Source of the DNA: Candidatus Woesebacteria bacterium
Lineage (GTDB): Bacteria; Patescibacteriota; Microgenomatia; UBA1400; UBA1396
Assembly (NCBI GenBank): GCA_021208605.1
Contig: JAJOJK010000002.1
Span: forward strand, 37,606 to 101,605
Length of the DNA: 64,000 bases
Direction of reading: 5' to 3'
Of the stretch, positions 47,009 to 57,847 are shown one piece after another; the first letter of the stretch is position 1, and each line of letters opens with the position of its first letter. The translations under genes and the position numbers were made by a program. The notes beneath the pieces were generated by a model. That model worked only from the letters and a program-made list of their open reading frames with translations. It made no database searches and was not told where the DNA came from.

Positions 47009-49551
47009 AAACTCTTTTCTCCTGGATACTCCAAGCACTGTTTCTATTTTCAATACTCATAGCTACTATCTTTGGTATTCAGTTTTTTGTCCCGCATCCA
47101 TACTTCAATCTTCCCCATTTTTTTGCTCTGGCTCCCGCACTTGCTGCATTAGGCTTTATTGCCGTCAATTGGAACAAAATTGACTACCGAGTACTCATTG
47201 AGAAAACTACTGAAAGAGGTATTGCTTTTCTTTTTTCACCACATCTTTTAGCCAGTATCGTTGTACTTACCTTTATATCTGGTTCCATTTCTGTGGCGGA
47301 GCATCATTTTACAATTCACCCACCAAAAAATGTCACCGTTTCTGAAGTGCTCTTAGATGAGAAAAAATCGAAAACAACGCTATATGACGGCGAGTACAGA
47401 TCTTCCCTCGATAACTTTGGCACCCTCCTGGTGACGCTTTCGGATCCAATGCCAAGTAACTTTCTTTTTCGTCTGAAAGAAAAAGACGCTACAGAATGGC
47501 TCTTTGAAACTGAATTTGGCCCAACACAAGAAAAAACACTTCTCCTCGGTTTTCCCAAAGTTGCGTCAAAAGGAAAAAACTATACCTACCAAATAATCCC
47601 AGAATCTGGAGAGGTTTCGATCGAGGCGATTCACCATCGCCATATTTTCTCATTGGCTGATTTCAAAAATAATCCGATTGTATTCGTCGATTTTCTTTCC
47701 AAAAAGGTATTCTTTGAGTCAGAATATATTCTGAATTCGTTTGGGCAGTACAGTGCAGTCACCTTAATATCTTTTGGTCCATTTCTAAGCGCGGCGGCAC
47801 TTCTAGTTATACGTTTACAAAAACGTGTACACCTTACATTTTTTTCTAAAGAGAAGAAAAGCCCTCAAACTACAGATATTAGATTCTTATTACTAGTACT
47901 CTACATAACCATGTTCGCAGCGATATTGAGACTCCTCAATATTTCGCTGCTACCATTTAGTGGCGACGAAGGCCTCTACCCACTGATCACTGACGCCATT
48001 CTTAAAAATGGATTTCCACTTTTGGAATCAGGCCAACTGTACATGCGAGGTTACCTATTCAGCTACCTTACTTCACTGAGTGGATTACTTTTCGGTACTA
48101 ATCACCTTTCTATGCGCTTTGTCTCGTTACTTACTGGTGTTGCGTTCGTGTACTTTTTGACTCAGTACTATAAGAACACAAATAAGGTATTCGCACTAGG
48201 TGTCGGAATATATGTTGCCACCTATCCATATCTTATAGCCTGGTCCACACAGGCGCGACACTACATGATTGGATATTTACTGCTCTTTCTTACACTGGCA
48301 ATCTTGTACCAAAGTACTGTCCAAAAAATATCACGAAAACAACTTGCTGCGTATGCTGGAATTGTGTTTCTAGCGGGATCAAACCTCCTTTTCAGCTATG
48401 CAGTGATCCCTGCTTTCTTGGTGTTTTTGGTACTGAAAGATCGATGGAAGTGGGTAACAAATCTTCCTCTGATTACACTTATTGGCAGCTTTACAGCCGG
48501 TTATCTTTTTAATTACAAAATTCTCAATTTCTATCGCCTACATTTTCTCAAAGGGACCTATGCTGTTCAGTCTTCGAATACGGTAGGAGTCTTTGATGCT
48601 TTCTTACCAACTTTCCATTACTACAGCTCAACTATACTTTTCAGTCACCTCGGAATACTCATGCTTATTGCTGCGCTTGCTGTCTATCTCCTTCAGAAGC
48701 GTCGTACACTAGAAATTACAATACCAAACAAAATTACGCTGATGGGTATTTTTGCCCTCATTAACTTTCTCTTTGGATTCTTGCTGTTTAACCGTTTTGC
48801 CGTAAAGTACTTACTTGGAGTCTATATTGCCTTTGGTATTTTTACTATCTGGATACTGTTCTCTCTTGTCCAAAAACTCTCACTTCCTAAAAAACAGCTT
48901 CCAGTCGTTTTTATTTGCATGCTCTTAATAGGCATTCTTTCATCTCGCACCGTGAAAGACTATGCCAGCCACTACTATTTTGAAAGAAACCGTGTTGGTG
49001 ATATTGAACTCTATTCTAGTAGTACTTTCTCTCAAGCAAAGCTCTATGGAGAGCTTCTTCATAATCCCTATGTGTTTCATGGAGTTACGGCCGTTATTCG
49101 TAGCCCCAGATCTCTCGAAGCACTCGAGTACATCAGGAGCCAAAAACAACCGAATGATATCTACGTAGTAACCGATATTTACAATCTTTGGCACTATGGT
49201 CAATATGACTACATTATGAATGGAACTCTGAGCTCCGAAATGGGGTATATTCCATCTGGAAGTGATCAAGTTCTTTCCATCTACTCCAACACACCTTACA
49301 TACGAAATGCTGACGAACTCACCCAAGTAATAACTCAGATGAAATCAGGTCAGACTATTTGGCTATTCGCTGGCAGACGCTTTAGCGAACACAATGATAC
49401 ACTTTCGATCTACGTTAAAGATATCTTTAAGCAGCGCTTTGTCAGTCAAGTCGACGAAGTTGGCGTACACTCCGGCAGAAGAAATGAACCTATCGTGGTA
49501 TATAGCTACACAAAAAATAAATTACTCTTTTTTCTGGAAAGTATTTCTTAA
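47005..49551 (+). CDS. Large GT-C-fold glycosyltransferase (ArnT/PMT-like, GT39/GT83) with a ~250-aa N-terminal extracytoplasmic domain
   Basis: 848 aa with 12 or more TM helices and a first-loop DE motif in LLPFSGDEGLYPL. Confidence 0.55.
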   Translation: MKTLFSWILQALFLFSILIATIFGIQFFVPHPYFNLPHFFALAPALAALGFIAVNWNKIDYRVLIEKTTERGIAFLFSPHLLASIVVLTFISGSISVAEHHFTIHPPKNVTVSEVLLDEKKSKTTLYDGEYRSSLDNFGTLLVTLSDPMPSNFLFRLKEKDATEWLFETEFGPTQEKTLLLGFPKVASKGKNYTYQIIPESGEVSIEAIHHRHIFSLADFKNNPIVFVDFLSKKVFFESEYILNSFGQYSAVTLISFGPFLSAAALLVIRLQKRVHLTFFSKEKKSPQTTDIRFLLLVLYITMFAAILRLLNISLLPFSGDEGLYPLITDAILKNGFPLLESGQLYMRGYLFSYLTSLSGLLFGTNHLSMRFVSLLTGVAFVYFLTQYYKNTNKVFALGVGIYVATYPYLIAWSTQARHYMIGYLLLFLTLAILYQSTVQKISRKQLAAYAGIVFLAGSNLLFSYAVIPAFLVFLVLKDRWKWVTNLPLITLIGSFTAGYLFNYKILNFYRLHFLKGTYAVQSSNTVGVFDAFLPTFHYYSSTILFSHLGILMLIAALAVYLLQKRRTLEITIPNKITLMGIFALINFLFGFLLFNRFAVKYLLGVYIAFGIFTIWILFSLVQKLSLPKKQLPVVFICMLLIGILSSRTVKDYASHYYFERNRVGDIELYSSSTFSQAKLYGELLHNPYVFHGVTAVIRSPRSLEALEYIRSQKQPNDIYVVTDIYNLWHYGQYDYIMNGTLSSEMGYIPSGSDQVLSIYSNTPYIRNADELTQVITQMKSGQTIWLFAGRRFSEHNDTLSIYVKDIFKQRFVSQVDEVGVHSGRRNEPIVVYSYTKNKLLFFLESIS

Positions 49552-50463
49552 GCCAAACTCATGGATAACAAATGGCAAACCTTGTAACGTGAGGAGAACG
49601 TACACAGCTCGACTCATAAGTGCAAAAAGTGTGGTGAGAGTAGGATCCACTCCAAATATTCCGAGAGTATATATCAACACCAATTCTCGTGTTCCCCATC
49701 CATTTACACTCACGGGTATGAGCATAATGAGCTCAACGAGCACGAAAGCGAATCCAATCTGGAAAACTGATACTGGCAGTGCCACCATCAAAGCCACCCC
49801 ATATGCCATAACTATCTGAATTACCTGAGCAAGAAGCGTGAAACCGATCGAAGGTATGAGCACATTATGATTCAGAAGCGTACTCTTTACAGTACTGAGT
49901 AATGAAAAAAGTTTTTGCTTGAAGAAACGGAGTGATATCAAGAAAATAATACCTGTAATCGGAATCAAATAGATATACTTTTTCAGAGAGCTAAAATCAA
50001 AAGAAACAAAATCAATTTGGGTAAATAAGTACAAAGAAAACAGGAAAAAGAGTAAAACACGAGTACTTAAACCAACAACTCTTTCAATAATTACCGTCGA
50101 GAGTGAAATAGTTTTCGGTACATCATATTTTTTATTCAGGTGGACCACTCGGTACCCATCTCCAACAATACTACCCGGCGAAATTTGGTTTATGCAGTTG
50201 TGTTTTAGGTACAGTAAAAATAGTTCCTTCAGAGGCACTTCAACTGATAGATGTCGCAAAGCTACTCGCCATCGTAAAGACATCACCAATAAAAGCAGAT
50301 AGTAGAAAATAACTGGAATGACGATATATTCCCAGCGAGTAGACAGCAAGTTTTCAAAAAAGAACCTAAAGTCAACGAAGTAGTAAATAAGAAAACTTGT
50401 CAGAGCTATAGAAACACCATATCGAAGCCATCGTGCACGAAGAAGTGATTGTATTTGTTTCAT
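49522..50463 (-). CDS. UPF0104/LPG-synthase-TM-like flippase-associated membrane protein
   Basis: 313 aa with about 8 TM helices and ...VSVNGWGTRELVLIY. Confidence 0.5.
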   Translation of the reverse strand: MKQIQSLLRARWLRYGVSIALTSFLIYYFVDFRFFFENLLSTRWEYIVIPVIFYYLLLLVMSLRWRVALRHLSVEVPLKELFLLYLKHNCINQISPGSIVGDGYRVVHLNKKYDVPKTISLSTVIIERVVGLSTRVLLFFLFSLYLFTQIDFVSFDFSSLKKYIYLIPITGIIFLISLRFFKQKLFSLLSTVKSTLLNHNVLIPSIGFTLLAQVIQIVMAYGVALMVALPVSVFQIGFAFVLVELIMLIPVSVNGWGTRELVLIYTLGIFGVDPTLTTLFALMSRAVYVLLTLQGLPFVIHEFGLRNTFQKKE

Positions 50464-50465
50464 AG

Positions 50466-51440
50466 CTATTTAAATATTCGTAAATATGCCTTTTTATATA
50501 TATCAAAACGCCAGAGCCACGGCACTTGAAGATACGTATTCACGAACAAAAGAGCGGCTAAAACATTTACTGGCATTGCCATCAAGCTTTTCAAAAGATA
50601 GATTCTGCTTGCCCTAAATTCGCGTGCTTGCGCTTTAAAAATACCTGTTTGTAAATATATACTAGAAATAATAGTTCTGTACCTCCACGCTGGAATGAGA
50701 AATTTTCTGCCATAGATTCGATAATTCTTTTGAATGACCGCTATTCTCTCTAAATACGCCTTTGTTTTGTCTCTGTTGTGGAGGTTTTTATCATGCATTC
50801 TCCACGAAGCTAAGACTTCATTGATATAAGCAAACTGTGTATGTGCGGCACACCGCATAAAAAAGTCGTAATCATTACTGATACTGTAATTCGCATCAAA
50901 ATCACCAACGAGATCATACAGGGACCGGCGAAATGTCACCGAAATAGCCGAGACAAACATACCCTTTAAAAGCAACTCTTTAAAAATCCAACCTTTTTGA
51001 GGACCTATTGGGTTCTCAGCAAAACGTGATTCTGAAATAATATTTCCATCTTTATCAATCCGAGCCGCATCCGTATACACCACGCCCACTTCTGGGTTGG
51101 AATCGAGCACCTGTACCATTTTTTCAAGGGCCGTCTCATGCCAGAGATCATCTGAACCAATGTGAGAAATATACGTTCCTTTTGCGTGCTGCATGGCGTA
51201 GGAGATAGCAAACGCTATCCCTTTATTCTGTGACAAGGGTAGAAATCGAACTTTTGCGTACTTCTTTTTTTTCAGTAGCTGCTCAATATACTGCGGCGTT
51301 TCGTCGGTGGAACCGTCATCAACCAAAATGATCTCAAAATCTTGGTACGTTTGCGCTACTAATGAATCGAGAGTCTCTTGGAGGAACTCTGTTCTATTAT
51401 AAGTCGCTAAGGTAATGGAAACAGTTGGAGCGCTCATCAC
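50466..51440 (-). CDS. Family-2 glycosyltransferase
   Basis: VSITLATYNR, ILVDDGSTDET, SDDLW. Confidence 0.75.
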   Translation of the reverse strand: MMSAPTVSITLATYNRTEFLQETLDSLVAQTYQDFEIILVDDGSTDETPQYIEQLLKKKKYAKVRFLPLSQNKGIAFAISYAMQHAKGTYISHIGSDDLWHETALEKMVQVLDSNPEVGVVYTDAARIDKDGNIISESRFAENPIGPQKGWIFKELLLKGMFVSAISVTFRRSLYDLVGDFDANYSISNDYDFFMRCAAHTQFAYINEVLASWRMHDKNLHNRDKTKAYLERIAVIQKNYRIYGRKFLIPAWRYRTIISSIYLQTGIFKAQAREFRASRIYLLKSLMAMPVNVLAALLFVNTYLQVPWLWRFDIYKKAYLRIFK

Positions 51441-52561
51441 TTCTCGTTTTCAAAGGACTGTATTAACTCAATAACATACGCAATCTGCTCATCTGTCATC
51501 CCTGGGTAAATAGGCAAACTGAGGATTCTAGCTGTATACTTTTGTGCAACCGGAAACTCTTCTGGGGAGTGATTCATGTACGAAAAACACTGCTGCATGT
51601 GTAATGGTATTGGATAGTGAATAAGCGTATCAACCCCGTTCTCCTGCAAATAGGCCTGTAACTCATCGCGCTCCGGGTGCTGAATTACATAGAGGTGATA
51701 CACACTTTCAATTTCATCTGGAATACTGAGACGATATTCTCCTAAAGCTACGTCATATTTTTGGGCAATGTACTTTCTTTGTTGATTCCAGCTGTCTAAG
51801 TGCGGGAGTTTTGTACGCAAAAATGCAGCCTGAAGCTCATCAAGTCGAGAATTTTTTCCTAGCATTTCATGGTGATACTTTTTCTTTTGTCCGTAGTTAT
51901 GCAGAAGCTTGGCTTGTTCATAAAGTTCAGGATCATTGGTAACAATGGCTCCTGCATCACCATAGGCTCCGAGGTTTTTACCCGGATAGAAACTAAATGC
52001 AGCCATGTTTCCAAACGTTCCTGCCTTTTTCCCTGAATATGTTGCACCATGTGCCTGGCAAGCATCCTCCAGGATCTGAATACCGTGTTTTTCGGCCAGC
52101 TGCATAAGCTGGTCCATTGGAACCATAGAGCCATACAAATGAACCGGTAAGATAACTTTTGTATTGTTGTTTATGGCAGCGGCAACAGCATTCACGTCCA
52201 TTTGCAAAGTTGCCTCATCCACATCAACAAAAACGGGTGTTCCCCCTGCTTCGATTACTGCCAATGCAGTAGCCACAAAAGTATGTGTTGGCAAAATGAC
52301 TTCGTCATTTTCACCAACTCCCATGGCTTTCAGAGCTAAGATGAGTGCATCTGTGCCACTTCCCACACCAACACAGTACTTACTGCCAATATAAGCAGCA
52401 AATTCTTTCTCGAACTCGTCGACTTCATTTCCTAAAATAAAGTGTTGAGCAGCAAAAACACGATCAAAATCATCCTGCAGCTCTGCTTTCACTTCTTGAT
52501 ATTGGGGCGAAAGATCGACGAAAGGTACCTTCATAGTTCCTTTTCTAAAATTTGTAAACAA
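51437..52561 (-). CDS. DegT/DnrJ/EryC1-family PLP-dependent sugar aminotransferase
   Basis: GVGSGTDAL, and FSFYPGKNLGAYGDAG with the PLP Lys. Confidence 0.8.
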   Translation of the reverse strand: MFTNFRKGTMKVPFVDLSPQYQEVKAELQDDFDRVFAAQHFILGNEVDEFEKEFAAYIGSKYCVGVGSGTDALILALKAMGVGENDEVILPTHTFVATALAVIEAGGTPVFVDVDEATLQMDVNAVAAAINNNTKVILPVHLYGSMVPMDQLMQLAEKHGIQILEDACQAHGATYSGKKAGTFGNMAAFSFYPGKNLGAYGDAGAIVTNDPELYEQAKLLHNYGQKKKYHHEMLGKNSRLDELQAAFLRTKLPHLDSWNQQRKYIAQKYDVALGEYRLSIPDEIESVYHLYVIQHPERDELQAYLQENGVDTLIHYPIPLHMQQCFSYMNHSPEEFPVAQKYTARILSLPIYPGMTDEQIAYVIELIQSFENEK

Positions 52562-53811
52562 GTCTCAAGAGTTTCAATACAGAAGTCAATTTCATCTCGG
52601 GATATCCGATAGCTTGGGATTATGCGGAACGTTTTACCTTTTTGAATCGCTTGTACCATCACACCCCGCTGCTCAAGCAGATCAATAAGTCTCATTCCAG
52701 GGTTGTTCGTTTCGGTAAAGTATTCTTCAGGCAGATCAAAAGAAATCATCAATCCTTCGCCACGTGGTCGCAGCAGCAAAGCACTCTTCTTCGAAAGCTC
52801 TTGCAGTCTGCTTACAAAGTATTCACCCGTTTCTAGAATTTTCGAAAGCATATCTTCTTTTTTAATCGTATTAATTAAATGAAGGACCATCCGTGCAGAA
52901 AAAGGATCATTCTGGTGCGAACTAAAGTGAATGAACTTCCCTTCTACCGCCTCCGCAATTTCTTGAGAAAACATCACAGCTGAAACGGGAAAACCAAGTC
53001 CAGCTGCCTTTGCTAGTACTAAAATATCAGGAACTATGCCGGTTCGCTCGTAGCCAAACCAGGTCCCGAGTCGGCCCAGTCCAGTTTGACATTCATCATA
53101 GATCAACAAGGCACCATGTTTCTTGGCAATTTCAGCCAAACCAGCAAAATACTCTTTTGGCAAATAAATCATGCCACCGACCGATACAACTGGCTCAATA
53201 ATAAACGCCGCTATGGTACCTTCAAATTCCGAAAGATATTCTTCGGCGGCTTGGAGGTGCTCAGCTATATACTCGCTGCCATCAACATCTGCAGGACGAT
53301 TATGCCAATCAGGAGTAGGAATAAAGTGGGAACCAGGAACGAGCGGGTGAGCGTATGCACCACCACTCGAAATACTCTGTGTTGCCAAGGTCAACCCGTG
53401 ATACCCATTGGTAATCGAAACAATTCCATCTTTCTTGGTGTAAAAACGGGCATACCGCAACGCGCACTCAACAGCCTCTGCGCCGGTAGAAAGCAAGATT
53501 GTTTTTTGCAATGTATCATTGGTTATCTCGCTAAGCGCGCGACACGCTTCGAGAACCTCTTCAGTCAAACACAGCGTGTTAGTGTGCAAAATCTTTTTGC
53601 TTTGCTGGTATACAACTTCGGCTAACTCTTCATCACCATGCCCCAAGACCTCACAAAACTGTCCGCCCATTAAATCAAGATAGCGGTTGCCATCTATATC
53701 TTTGTAGTAGCTACCTTCTGCTGAAGCCAGTATGGGCGCACGAAATGGAGTAACTTCAAGTACATACTTCTGATACTCATCAAAAAACTGTTTACTTTTC
53801 TTCATGTTCAT
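52531..53811 (-). CDS. Class-III (omega-type) PLP aminotransferase
   Basis: STGAEAVE, IYDECQTGLGRLG, and LAKAAG with the PLP Lys. Confidence 0.75.
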   Translation of the reverse strand: MNMKKSKQFFDEYQKYVLEVTPFRAPILASAEGSYYKDIDGNRYLDLMGGQFCEVLGHGDEELAEVVYQQSKKILHTNTLCLTEEVLEACRALSEITNDTLQKTILLSTGAEAVECALRYARFYTKKDGIVSITNGYHGLTLATQSISSGGAYAHPLVPGSHFIPTPDWHNRPADVDGSEYIAEHLQAAEEYLSEFEGTIAAFIIEPVVSVGGMIYLPKEYFAGLAEIAKKHGALLIYDECQTGLGRLGTWFGYERTGIVPDILVLAKAAGLGFPVSAVMFSQEIAEAVEGKFIHFSSHQNDPFSARMVLHLINTIKKEDMLSKILETGEYFVSRLQELSKKSALLLRPRGEGLMISFDLPEEYFTETNNPGMRLIDLLEQRGVMVQAIQKGKTFRIIPSYRISRDEIDFCIETLETCLQILEKEL

Positions 53812-54724
53812 AGAGTTCCTTTAGCACTTCTTTCATGCCGGCGACAAAAGAGTATTCTGGTCTAAACCCAAGTTCACTTTTTGCTTTCTCAATACTAGGC
53901 ACATTATGCACTGGTTGTCTGTTTTCCTCGACCACATTTTCGATCTCCATCTGAGAACCAGTGAGTGCTTCAATGCTGGAGACTATATCCCGAATAGTCA
54001 CCACATCTTCCCCGGCAATGTTGTAAAAAGTATTTGTGTTGACATCGAGAGCGCGCATAACTGCAGAGGCGGCATCTTCAACATAGAGAAAACGTCTCTT
54101 GTCTACGCCTTCATTGAGCAAACGAAAGACTTTCTTTTCTTTCCAGGACTGCACCGCAAAAGGAATGACTCGCACGAGTGGCTCATTCGGTCCATAAACC
54201 TGAGAAAAACGCAAACCAGTGTAAGGAATACTATTCATTCGTGACCAATACTCAAGATATGTTTCGGCAGCATATTTGGCCACACCATAAGAAGATTCTG
54301 GTTGGATTCTATGATCTTCACTGTACTCTTCATGCTCTGGAACACCGTAAATATCTATGGTGCTGGTAAACACCACTTTCTTAGTGTTTTTTCCCACGGT
54401 CTCTAAGAAATAAAGGAAAGAATCAAAGTTTTTTTCTTTGGCAGCAATTAGACTGTCGACGCCCTCACTGCGAGGTAAGATGCTAGCAGCTGCGAATATG
54501 GCACTCTCAGTCTCTCCGATACGATCTGCTAACGCCTCGTACTCCTTCAAGGACAACTCGAAAAGATCACACTGAACAAAATGCAGACATGGATGGTGTG
54601 ATGTCCGCTCTTTCCGCGAAATGGAAATAACCTCAGCACCCAGAGAAAGCAGGCGTTCTACTATACGCGTTCCAATAAATCCGGTCCCTCCAGTAATGAC
54701 TATCTTTTTACCCTCTAAATTCAT
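53792..54724 (-). CDS. NAD-dependent epimerase/dehydratase (extended SDR)
   Basis: ITGGTGFIGTR and YGVAK. Confidence 0.75.
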   Translation of the reverse strand: MNLEGKKIVITGGTGFIGTRIVERLLSLGAEVISISRKERTSHHPCLHFVQCDLFELSLKEYEALADRIGETESAIFAAASILPRSEGVDSLIAAKEKNFDSFLYFLETVGKNTKKVVFTSTIDIYGVPEHEEYSEDHRIQPESSYGVAKYAAETYLEYWSRMNSIPYTGLRFSQVYGPNEPLVRVIPFAVQSWKEKKVFRLLNEGVDKRRFLYVEDAASAVMRALDVNTNTFYNIAGEDVVTIRDIVSSIEALTGSQMEIENVVEENRQPVHNVPSIEKAKSELGFRPEYSFVAGMKEVLKELYEHEEK

Positions 54725-55788
54725 GTTTGATCCCTCGCAGAGCCGAACTCCTGTCCATCTCTATAATACACTTCCTGCCAAAAACGAGTCATAGTGACTC
54801 CTGGGTGAAACTCAGCTGACATGTCTCTGTCCTCTCCCAAAAACAACTCTAGTGCTTGTTGATGAATATTTACTCCAGCGACCGTGCTCAAAATTGACCC
54901 GGCAGAAAAACGCGGATTGATTTCAATAAAATGAAACTCACCATCTTCAGATTGAATAAACTCAATATTCGCCGGACCACAAATACCTAGTGCTTCACTC
55001 ACCTCTCGGGCGAGAGCAACAAGCTTCGCATTATGCGTAGTGGTTGATTTCACTCCAACTCCACTCTTAGACTCGTGCTCAATTCGAGGCAGAGCATATA
55101 AATTCTTTCCTTCTAGAGTGTTCAGCACATCGACTACATAGAGTGTCCCTGGATAGTATGGCTGCACCACACAATCGCTTGATTTCAACTGCATAAATTG
55201 CAAGTCTTCAGCCGTAGGAATGAGAGAGATTCCTCGGCTACTAAGGCCTTTCCTGGGTTTGGCAAAAAGAGGAAATGAGACGGCGTGTACCTCTACTTCT
55301 TCAAGCAGCCAGGTTGGAGTCGTTTCAACTCCTTCCTTCTGCAAAGCCTGATACGTTTTCAATTTGTCATTGCAGTTTTGAACTGTTTCATGAGATGACG
55401 CAACTATCTTCACTCCCTTGTCAGCAAAAGCCACTTTGTTCTGAGAAAGAAGCAAAACTTCTTCATCAACAATGGGAACAACTACCTCAATTTCATATCT
55501 CTCGCATATTTCGAGCATTTTGGAAATGTACTCATCAGAGTGAAAAAGTGGCACAGTCTCAAAATCATCGCAAAACACGCTTCCAGCGACTGTATCAGAG
55601 GAGTTACTGTCAGTTCCTACGATATACACAGGGAGTGTGCCTCTCCGTAAACCCTTTATAACCGACAACGCTGTCGTACTTCCGACAGCTGAAATAAGTA
55701 CTCGTACCGCAGAACTATTCCTCATCCCACTCCTGATTAAATAATGGATGCGCAAACGTATCATTCTCCGACCACATGCCATTAGCAT
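54721..55788 (-). CDS. ATP-grasp-domain ligase
   Basis: PreATP-grasp VLISAVGS, and EINPRFS as the Mg/ATP loop. The start is likely the internal M at about 55725, since the ORF-track start overlaps the upstream gene by 74 nt. Confidence 0.65.
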   Translation of the reverse strand: MLMACGRRMIRLRIHYLIRSGMRNSSAVRVLISAVGSTTALSVIKGLRRGTLPVYIVGTDSNSSDTVAGSVFCDDFETVPLFHSDEYISKMLEICERYEIEVVVPIVDEEVLLLSQNKVAFADKGVKIVASSHETVQNCNDKLKTYQALQKEGVETTPTWLLEEVEVHAVSFPLFAKPRKGLSSRGISLIPTAEDLQFMQLKSSDCVVQPYYPGTLYVVDVLNTLEGKNLYALPRIEHESKSGVGVKSTTTHNAKLVALAREVSEALGICGPANIEFIQSEDGEFHFIEINPRFSAGSILSTVAGVNIHQQALELFLGEDRDMSAEFHPGVTMTRFWQEVYYRDGQEFGSARDQT

Positions 55789-56137
55789 AATTGATCATAG
55801 CAGCATACTCAGAAAGACTCTTAAACCCATGCACAACATACGGTCCGGTCTCTAAACGCACATACTTACTGTGGTCAGCATCAATAATAATCTCTTCTTT
55901 TTCTCCGGTACGCACATCTTTGAGACGAACTAGTATTTTCCCGGATACAACACCAAACCACTCTCGCCAGTGTTTGTGATAATGTTCACCACGAATCTGG
56001 TTCTCTCCATGAAAAGTTACAAAATAAATCTGCCCAAACGTTCGATCCTGCTCTTTGAGTTCATCACTTTTCAGAAAAACCACGAGGTCACCGCGGGAGT
56101 CGTTTATTTTTTCAAATTCTTGGATTGTGTAGTCCAT
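55715..56137 (-). CDS. FdtA/WxcM-like cupin (TDP-4-keto-6-deoxyhexose 3,4-isomerase family)
   Basis: INDSRGDL...RGEHYHKHWREWF, 140 aa. Confidence 0.6.
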   Translation of the reverse strand: MDYTIQEFEKINDSRGDLVVFLKSDELKEQDRTFGQIYFVTFHGENQIRGEHYHKHWREWFGVVSGKILVRLKDVRTGEKEEIIIDADHSKYVRLETGPYVVHGFKSLSEYAAMINYANGMWSENDTFAHPLFNQEWDEE

Positions 56138-56152
56138 AGACTTCCTTAATTT

Positions 56153-57070
56153 TTACAAAGATATCTGTTCAATATTGTTGGTAGGAAAATATGAGTTTTC
56201 TTTTTCAGAAACTAACCGTATTTCCTGATCATCACTATATATCTTGTGCAAGGTGATATCAATTCCACCCGACTGCACGTCAACCTCCGCAACGTAATTA
56301 TAAAAGTACTTGTCGGTAAAACGCCCATGGACTTCTTCGAAGATGAAGTTCCCAAGGCTATAGAGTAAAAACTGATTGCTTTCGGCTGAATAATAGGTTT
56401 TACCGTTTTGATGAGAGTGATGACCAAAGACTGCGTGTGGTATAGAGTCAGGTATATATTTTCGCAGTGACGTAAGCTGTTTAAAATCCTTTTTGCTAAA
56501 ATCATCTCGTCCGCACTTCCCAACATGCGGAAAACCAATCACAGCCAGAACATCTGAAAAATCTTTTCGCTGCAGAGCTTGTTGCACATCTGCAATTGAA
56601 TATGGAAATTTTCCGTATCGATGATTATAGAGATTTGCAGTCACTCCATATTTACTGGGATTTACGAGGTTGCAGTTATAAATCAGAATTCTTCCCTTAT
56701 TCGGAACAATTACTTCTTCGATGACCCCAGCCAGTGATTCTACTGATTGATACGACAGATCTTCATTCTGTAAGAATCGAACGGTTTCCAATACACCCTT
56801 CTTTCCGAAATCGAAAATGTGATTATTAGAAAGGAAAAAAAATGCGTTGAGTTTCGGGAAGTTCTTGCCATTCTTGCTAAGAGAAAAAACGGGATAGTTT
56901 CCAAGGAGTTTTGCAATCCATGATGTACCACTGTTCTCTGGTTTCTTTGAAAGAACCACCGACTCTAAATTAAAATACACGCGTGAACCACCAAGCATTT
57001 TGACAATCTCTGGCTGTATAGTTCGCTTCGTATTCGGGAAAATAGTATCGCCGGCAAAAAATATTTTCAT
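56153..57070 (-). CDS. CapA/PGA_cap-like metallophosphatase
   Basis: N-terminal FNLES and C-terminal GHHSHQ...LYSLGNFIFE hallmark. Confidence 0.6.
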   Translation of the reverse strand: MKIFFAGDTIFPNTKRTIQPEIVKMLGGSRVYFNLESVVLSKKPENSGTSWIAKLLGNYPVFSLSKNGKNFPKLNAFFFLSNNHIFDFGKKGVLETVRFLQNEDLSYQSVESLAGVIEEVIVPNKGRILIYNCNLVNPSKYGVTANLYNHRYGKFPYSIADVQQALQRKDFSDVLAVIGFPHVGKCGRDDFSKKDFKQLTSLRKYIPDSIPHAVFGHHSHQNGKTYYSAESNQFLLYSLGNFIFEEVHGRFTDKYFYNYVAEVDVQSGGIDITLHKIYSDDQEIRLVSEKENSYFPTNNIEQISL

Positions 57071-57071
57071 A

Positions 57072-57847
57072 CTACTTTTTCACCACAAGGAGATAGTTTA
57101 GTGGGAAAAGCGACTCATTTTTCGTCATCCTATCCAGCTGCAAAAGCACCCAGTATAGCGGGTATAAAAGTGGTACAAGAAGTTTCCCAATTACAGGGAT
57201 TCCGTATAAGGGTGAAATCACCGTAGCAAATACATATCCCAAAAAGGCAAAAAAGCCACCTATAGGAGTAATTTCCAAAACCGTGAAACCTGCATCCTCG
57301 GCTAGCATTTGCAGACCGTACCTGGTATAGCGGTAAAAGTCATAGGGAGCATTGTGAATATACCCTAACATTGGGACAGTAATAATAGCCGTCCCGGATG
57401 GCTTTAAGACTCGATATATTTCTCCCATTGCGTGCCATGGATGCGGCACATGTTCCAACACTTGCGAACAAAAAACAACATCAAACTTCTTTGACTTAAA
57501 AGACATTTTTCGATATCGGTCACTACATCCAAATCTTTGTGTACTTTTTGGAAATCAGAACTTGTATACGTATCTCCATGCTCTTGTAATAACGACCGAT
57601 AGGCCAATTTCCCTGCTCCGGCATCAAGAAAATCACCACCATCAGTATACTTTTCTAGAGCATACTCAGTTGAGTTCAGTAAAGATATACCAGCAGGCGA
57701 ACGCATCCAATAGGCACGGGTACCAGCATACTGTTTTGCTACTTTTTTATTTAATTCTTTAAGTATTTTTTTGAGGCTCATAACTTCCTTCTTCCTTCGT
57801 GACCAGACTCTCAGTATATAAATACTTCCCCGAAGCACTCGGGGCAA
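57072..57847 (-). CDS. Class-I SAM-dependent methyltransferase split by a 1-nt deletion in an A5 run (ORFs 57404..57847 and 57072..57506)
   Basis: Motif I FLDAGAGKLAY lies in the upstream ORF and FDVVFCSQVLEHVPHP in the downstream ORF. Adding one A at about 57502 (GAAAAA) restores ...DIEKMSFKSKKFDVVF. Confidence 0.7.
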
